Virus record (IMG/VR): IMGVR_UViG_3300036770_005354
Span: 55,860 to 75,859 of that record
Reading direction: 5' to 3' (one strand)
Length of the DNA stretch: 20,000 bases
Origin: an uncultured virus (IMG/VR IMGVR_UViG_3300036770_005354)
Lineage: Duplodnaviria; Heunggongvirae; Uroviricota; Caudoviricetes
Made by a program: the position numbers and the translations under genes. The stretch's first letter is position 1. The number at the start of each line of letters is the position of its first letter. This document shows, one piece after another, positions 16,301 to 20,000 of this stretch. The notes beneath the pieces were generated by a model. That model was not told the DNA's origin and made no database searches. It saw nothing but the letters and a program-made list of their open reading frames with translations.

Positions 16301-19300
16301 ACCACAATAGTATCAGTACCAGCAATAGCAGGTTGAGTCAATTGATATACATAATATGAATTTATATCATTTCCATACCATGAGTTTCCATAAGTTTGAT
16401 AATCAGATCCCCATACAGTAGAATAGTTAAAATCCAATCCACTTAATTGTAAATTTTTATACTCTATTCCATCAACTAACTGCGGTAAATCTAAACCAAT
16501 ATTAGTATTTTCAGTTGCTGTATAAAATGTGTAAATTCTTTCATTTGCATTTAAATTATCCAATGATTTTTTATAATTAACAACAAGAAGTTGTCCACTT
16601 TCAGGAACTCTATTTAAAAATACTACCCTAGCAACTTTTTTGTTATAATTATATGTTACTGAATCTATACCAAATACCAAACTATATTCAGATCGTAATA
16701 CTATATTACCATCTAAGGATACAGTAAAAGATGAGTCGTTAGGATCACATAACCATGATAGTGTAAACTGCTTTCTAAATCCATTACATATAAATCTGTC
16801 AGTAATATTGTTATTTAAAACAGGAATATTTTTTGATATTCTATCAAATCTCATACCTATTTTATTTGTTCTAACTTTATTATTTCTAAGGACTGCATAT
16901 GCAGCAGCAGAATTATCAGTTGTACCACCTCCAGAAAATATTATATTTGGCGGTTTAGTATATCCTGACCCCCTATTTGTTACTTCAATAAATGATATTT
17001 TACCATCACTGATATATGCTTTAGCAGTAGCTCCAGAACCACTATCGCCTTCATTAGGTACAATTGTTACTTCTGGTGCAAACAAATAATTTGATCCAGC
17101 ATTTACGATAACTATATTATTAACAAAATATGTATAATTATCTTTCCAAGATTTCCAAGGATAAGTATCTATTAATTCATCTGAAAGAGTAATTGCCTCA
17201 AATTTATTTGTAGATGCATTATATTTTGAAGGTAAATCAAAATCTGTTACATAAGTATTACTTAAATCAAGTGAATCAAATTTTGCAGTAAAATTACGTA
17301 TTACACTATGGAAAGGCTTAGATTCTTTAATATATTCTTCATAATATGAAGAGTTTTGCAACTTATATGTTGGTCGTTGATCTAAGTTACCAGCGTTATT
17401 TACTACATTAATAAATGAAGTTTTAAATACCCAATCTAAAAACTTTTGCTCAGATAATGCATATTTTATTGCTTTAAAGAAAAATAAATTCCAGTTTATC
17501 TTTAAATCATTAATGAATAAATCATCTTTAATAGCTTTTAATATATACTCGGTTTCAATGTCTGGGGTTTGATCATATAATGTTTGATCAAATAAATTAG
17601 TATCAAATGACAAGTTATTATTTTCAAAATCCCAAACATCATCTTTTATTTTTATTGTTCCATTCTGACTATATACTAAATTATAATCATTTGAAAAATT
17701 ACCAATTTCATCAACGCTAGTTTTTTCCAAAATTATAAATCTATTATCTCCACCATTATTAATTTTTATATAATCACCTGCATTTACATTTTGTAATTTA
17801 CTAAGTTCATATACATCATTTATAGTGTATTCATAATCAATATATTGATTATAGTTATCAGATTTCCAATCTATATAATCCCAATATAACGGAGTATTAA
17901 ATTTTTGTGTTGCTATTTTAACCCATGAATCACTAGATTTTATATATTCATATTTTGCCCAGCGATTTCTTGATGTGGAATCATTTTCTACAATTACAGT
18001 AAATGGCCTAACGATTAATTCCGGCTCTACGCTAAAATTGTTTCCTGCATTTACAATAGTTACTGATACAACTCTACCTAAATTATCAATATTTGTTTTT
18101 ATTTCAGCATTATTTGCTACATCGCTTAATATTTTTACACTAGGTGGAGCTATGTATCCAAATCCAGAACTAAGCACTGTTACAGAAACTATTCTTCCAT
18201 TGTTGATATTAGCTTTTAATACAGCTGTTTCTAATTTTTTAGTTTCTATTTGACCAGAAGTTAAAAATTCATTATCACTTACTAATAAATCGTACTGATT
18301 TAATAAAAAGTTTGGTATTTCTTCTTTTCTATTAAGATTTACAAAACTTGATTTGTCAGTAATAGGATGTTTTACAAAAATTGAATTTGCAAATTCTATT
18401 AAATTTCTTAAAGCCGCAAATCTATCTTTAAATAAACTCTGTCTTGGTCTTATACTTATACCATATCTATTTCTAAAAGAAACATTTGGATCAGGAACTA
18501 AGTTACCAATATTATCATGTCCCAATAAACTATCAAATAATTTTTTAGTTAATAATGTATTTGGGAAACTCTTATCTGAATTTTCTTCAAGTAACAGCCA
18601 TTCAGTATGTTTTGGTATTCTGTTATCTATACTATCATATGTAACATTTAAATGTATTTTGTCATCTTTTAGAATAGTTCCAACATTAGCTAAAGCAACT
18701 GCATCTTTAGATAAAATTTCAATTAATCTAACACCATTTGCCACTGGGTCAGCAATTAAACTTGCTACTTGGAAGGAACTTATTCTTCTATTTGTAACAT
18801 CTGGTATAGTTACTTTGTTTTTAACCCAGTAGTAATAAACGTTTGAATAACTGCCACTTAGTGGATTGACAATCTGTTTTACTGACACAACAGTATTATC
18901 TATATACTTTGGTTGTCCACTTATAGCTTTAGTTAACCCTGTTGGTGTATCTGCTAAAGAACTCCACTCACTTGGTAAATATTCAGATCTTACCCACTCA
19001 TATACATCAATTGTACATCCAGGGAATATTTTACCCCATGCATTTTTTCTGTAAGATAATTCACCTTGTTCATACCAAAAATATTTAACGGTGCTTAAAT
19101 CCCACCATAAATTTCCAACTTGATCATCAAGCCAATTTCTATTAGGATCAACGATTACATCAGATGATCCAATAGTGTATATTGCTGGATCGGTAAAAGA
19201 TTTATATCTTAATTCTTGATCTGCTACACCAGTTATTTTTCCTTTTAAAGGATCAAATACATCAAGATAATCTATAACTTGTTCTTTAGATATATCAATA

Positions 19301-19998
19301 ATACTATTTTTTCTTATTAAATCAACGTCTATTAAATTATCTTGTGATCTATATATTTCATATCCAGAAATATTTTTATTAATTCTATCAAAATTATAGA
19401 AACCACTAATATTCAAATTCGTGTTAATAGATGGAGCACCGATATATATTTTATTGTTGTCTATTTTGACAGAAAAACCGTAACTATCTTGACCTATAGG
19501 TGATGTAGGACGAACTTCATCACATAGTGCATATCTTGTATTTTTGTTATCATACAAATATACAGTTCCAGTATCATCTACTTGATCAAAAAATTCAGTT
19601 GATGCTGAATCAAATGTAGTAAATGTTTGATTTAATACACTGTTGTTATCATTTATATATTGAACATTGGTAGATCCAGAATAATTATCAAAAGTAGTTT
19701 TTACAAAATTATTTTTTCCCAATGCAGATATAGCTAATAAATTTTTATCTTCATTTATATCTATTGACATTCCAAAATTCATTTCAGAATATTCGACTGG
19801 ATTACTTATTATTTGTGTTATTGTAAAAGTATTACTAGAATTTATTCTATCATATATAACTACAGTACCTTTAGATAAGTTAGAATTACTTGTATAAGGT
19901 GCTGAAACTACTATTTTATTCCCATCTTCTGAAACTAATAGCTGTTCACCAAATCTAGAATTTGTTGATATTACACTAGGTACAGTAAGTGTTTGTAT
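13303..19998 (-). CDS. Giant multidomain virion structural protein, probably baseplate/tail (5' end outside window, >2230 aa visible)
   Basis: The frame stays open from the track's ATG at 19782 to the window end (IQTLTVPS...RFGEQLLVSEDGNKIVVSAPY...EYSE). It contains FG-GAP-like repeats, G(S/F)(G/N)Y...P repeats, beta-rich modules and a GERIEY...LRR.TLGT motif. Confidence 0.8.
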   Translation of the reverse strand: MQTLTVPSVISTNSRFGEQLLVSEDGNKIVVSAPYTSNSNLSKGTVVIYDRINSSNTFTITQIISNPVEYSEMNFGMSIDINEDKNLLAISALGKNNFVKTTFDNYSGSTNVQYINDNNSVLNQTFTTFDSASTEFFDQVDDTGTVYLYDNKNTRYALCDEVRPTSPIGQDSYGFSVKIDNNKIYIGAPSINTNLNISGFYNFDRINKNISGYEIYRSQDNLIDVDLIRKNSIIDISKEQVIDYLDVFDPLKGKITGVADQELRYKSFTDPAIYTIGSSDVIVDPNRNWLDDQVGNLWWDLSTVKYFWYEQGELSYRKNAWGKIFPGCTIDVYEWVRSEYLPSEWSSLADTPTGLTKAISGQPKYIDNTVVSVKQIVNPLSGSYSNVYYYWVKNKVTIPDVTNRRISSFQVASLIADPVANGVRLIEILSKDAVALANVGTILKDDKIHLNVTYDSIDNRIPKHTEWLLLEENSDKSFPNTLLTKKLFDSLLGHDNIGNLVPDPNVSFRNRYGISIRPRQSLFKDRFAALRNLIEFANSIFVKHPITDKSSFVNLNRKEEIPNFLLNQYDLLVSDNEFLTSGQIETKKLETAVLKANINNGRIVSVTVLSSGFGYIAPPSVKILSDVANNAEIKTNIDNLGRVVSVTIVNAGNNFSVEPELIVRPFTVIVENDSTSRNRWAKYEYIKSSDSWVKIATQKFNTPLYWDYIDWKSDNYNQYIDYEYTINDVYELSKLQNVNAGDYIKINNGGDNRFIILEKTSVDEIGNFSNDYNLVYSQNGTIKIKDDVWDFENNNLSFDTNLFDQTLYDQTPDIETEYILKAIKDDLFINDLKINWNLFFFKAIKYALSEQKFLDWVFKTSFINVVNNAGNLDQRPTYKLQNSSYYEEYIKESKPFHSVIRNFTAKFDSLDLSNTYVTDFDLPSKYNASTNKFEAITLSDELIDTYPWKSWKDNYTYFVNNIVIVNAGSNYLFAPEVTIVPNEGDSGSGATAKAYISDGKISFIEVTNRGSGYTKPPNIIFSGGGTTDNSAAAYAVLRNNKVRTNKIGMRFDRISKNIPVLNNNITDRFICNGFRKQFTLSWLCDPNDSSFTVSLDGNIVLRSEYSLVFGIDSVTYNYNKKVARVVFLNRVPESGQLLVVNYKKSLDNLNANERIYTFYTATENTNIGLDLPQLVDGIEYKNLQLSGLDFNYSTVWGSDYQTYGNSWYGNDINSYYVYQLTQPAIAGTDTIVVSTTTGITVGQELNIISYDQSLSTSTVIYDQSLISSASVYVSNVNSVNNTIKISSTITQNLNPVTYNTYVNGTQTTLTRIAQVEFWSTNNDSEPLDTIYESGSWTNGLFINALGINPEDVTLDGSDFYSSNVINSTEEFVPGLVADTIAINVYTKTSINPPLVFTGHFNVRPGVFFTSQKLSIVPPAGEYLTVVFNGVIFKFNSFVRDYVSDWTSTEEFTINWDTNELVIPEQFSSGICTYTLLGIGGGREDFESGVLDFATATAENTTTIQVQSLAGYNSVNSAYVSFNGIAIPEKGTPGAQNYYEIVPASNDNRRAAVNITFINSPFAKNTASAWFFSNPYKYFNEVKEQEFVITTLVNIVTLLYPPGKSEPHVANIIVEIADSNGRRRLNPPNIEYYQVNSSLSYVYAIDNKTTRAPGTFSISNTRVYINGKTLRPGFDFTVNSVDSTVSIVPTLISIRDTVAVVGFVTGEYDYNVIGDKLVLSTSYENVVIKAITFNDHDNMLVQTEKFVGNPNRRYKISRPVLNDNYVWVQVNGIPLSSGLDYEILDDQVTIQISDLHNHTTSDTIVIMSLTSVNANSAVLGYRIHNDIFNRTHFKRLSKSGTTYLTRELKFTDTEIHVADSEALMTPNKRKKIPGVVIIDGERIEYFKVQNNVLKQLRRSTLGTAPSEYCEIGTKVIDQSINQTIPYSERILRQKHKTIQNVNTYSILTTSTQLNGDGIVLSTGTFYAELVTSNFNKTLAKTYGDLTLNMAQGVIPKDNSYDIDGDGDVTLVDAIKYLEISSGSQLDVIPPIGSKFYDIVKKDYEFNSIDQVEIFYGGRKLNKHGYYNQDISLSYDTPNFNLIGTVPTVNDLPTTATFYDAYLVTSTNQLWMYENLLNEDSFKGFKYRGVNYIEPEYTINTSTQQIHLNIKSGIQNNINLVILKKEIDKSSLWNIDENNTTTVSILESVSKQAKFLQREPSELPNDYYYGGSKFLMDGNGFILTDDDGNSLEQ
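16890..18210 (-). repeat. Two pairs of protein-level I.V...G(S/F/N)(G/N)(Y/F)...P.V.I repeats
   Basis: VTVLSSGFGYIAPPSVKI and VTIVNAGNNFSVEPELIV (about 18010-18210); IVIVNAGSNYLFAPEVTI and IEVTNRGSGYTKPPNIIF (about 16890-17120). Confidence 0.7.
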
Positions 19999-20000
19999 AT

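Noticed and set aside
10423..19054. + strand ORFs over the virion block (e.g. 10423-10788, 16808-17089, 18353-18832)
   Set aside because: Antisense shadows; their hydrophobic look is what the reverse complement of A-rich codons produces.
300..19782. ORF-track starts at 300, 1202, 6333 and 19782
   Set aside because: The frames at 300 and 19782 stay open to the window edges. The starts at 1202 and 6333 are non-ATG, and better-placed ATGs exist at 1217 and 6369.
1..20000. Stop-codon reassignment, since none of the 20 called genes ends in TAG
   Set aside because: All genes, including the >6.6 kb ORF, are intact under the standard code and coding density is near complete. Rare TAG is expected in an AT-rich genome.
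1..20000. tRNA, CRISPR array or sizeable ncRNA
   Set aside because: The longest intergenic gap is 70 nt (3629-3698) and is explained by promoter, hairpin and RBS. I saw no cloverleaf or spaced direct repeats.

Overview
This is an AT-rich, densely coding fragment of a large tailed phage. Gene content and order suggest a jumbo myovirus, probably related to the RaK2/GAP32/121Q-like group (inferred from recalled protein families, not from a search). The + strand block (<3-8537) encodes a GT-B/GT4-like glycosyltransferase cut by the window edge, a T4 RNase H-like 5'-3' exonuclease, several small hypothetical proteins, a MoxR-type AAA+ ATPase followed by a HEXXH-metallopeptidase/VWA protein, then DHFR and thymidylate synthase. 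The converging - strand block (>20000-8534) is a virion module: the C-terminal >2230 aa of a giant structural protein, a 77 aa and a 212 aa structural protein, and three tandem paralogous fibre/baseplate proteins with a shared N-terminal domain and different C-termini. Regulatory signals seen directly are a sigma70-type promoter and 5' hairpin before the MoxR gene, a GNRA-loop hairpin between the MoxR and VWA genes, and four T4-late-like (A/T)ATAAATA boxes, two of them exactly 5 nt before an ATG. I saw no tRNA, CRISPR array, intron or mobile element.
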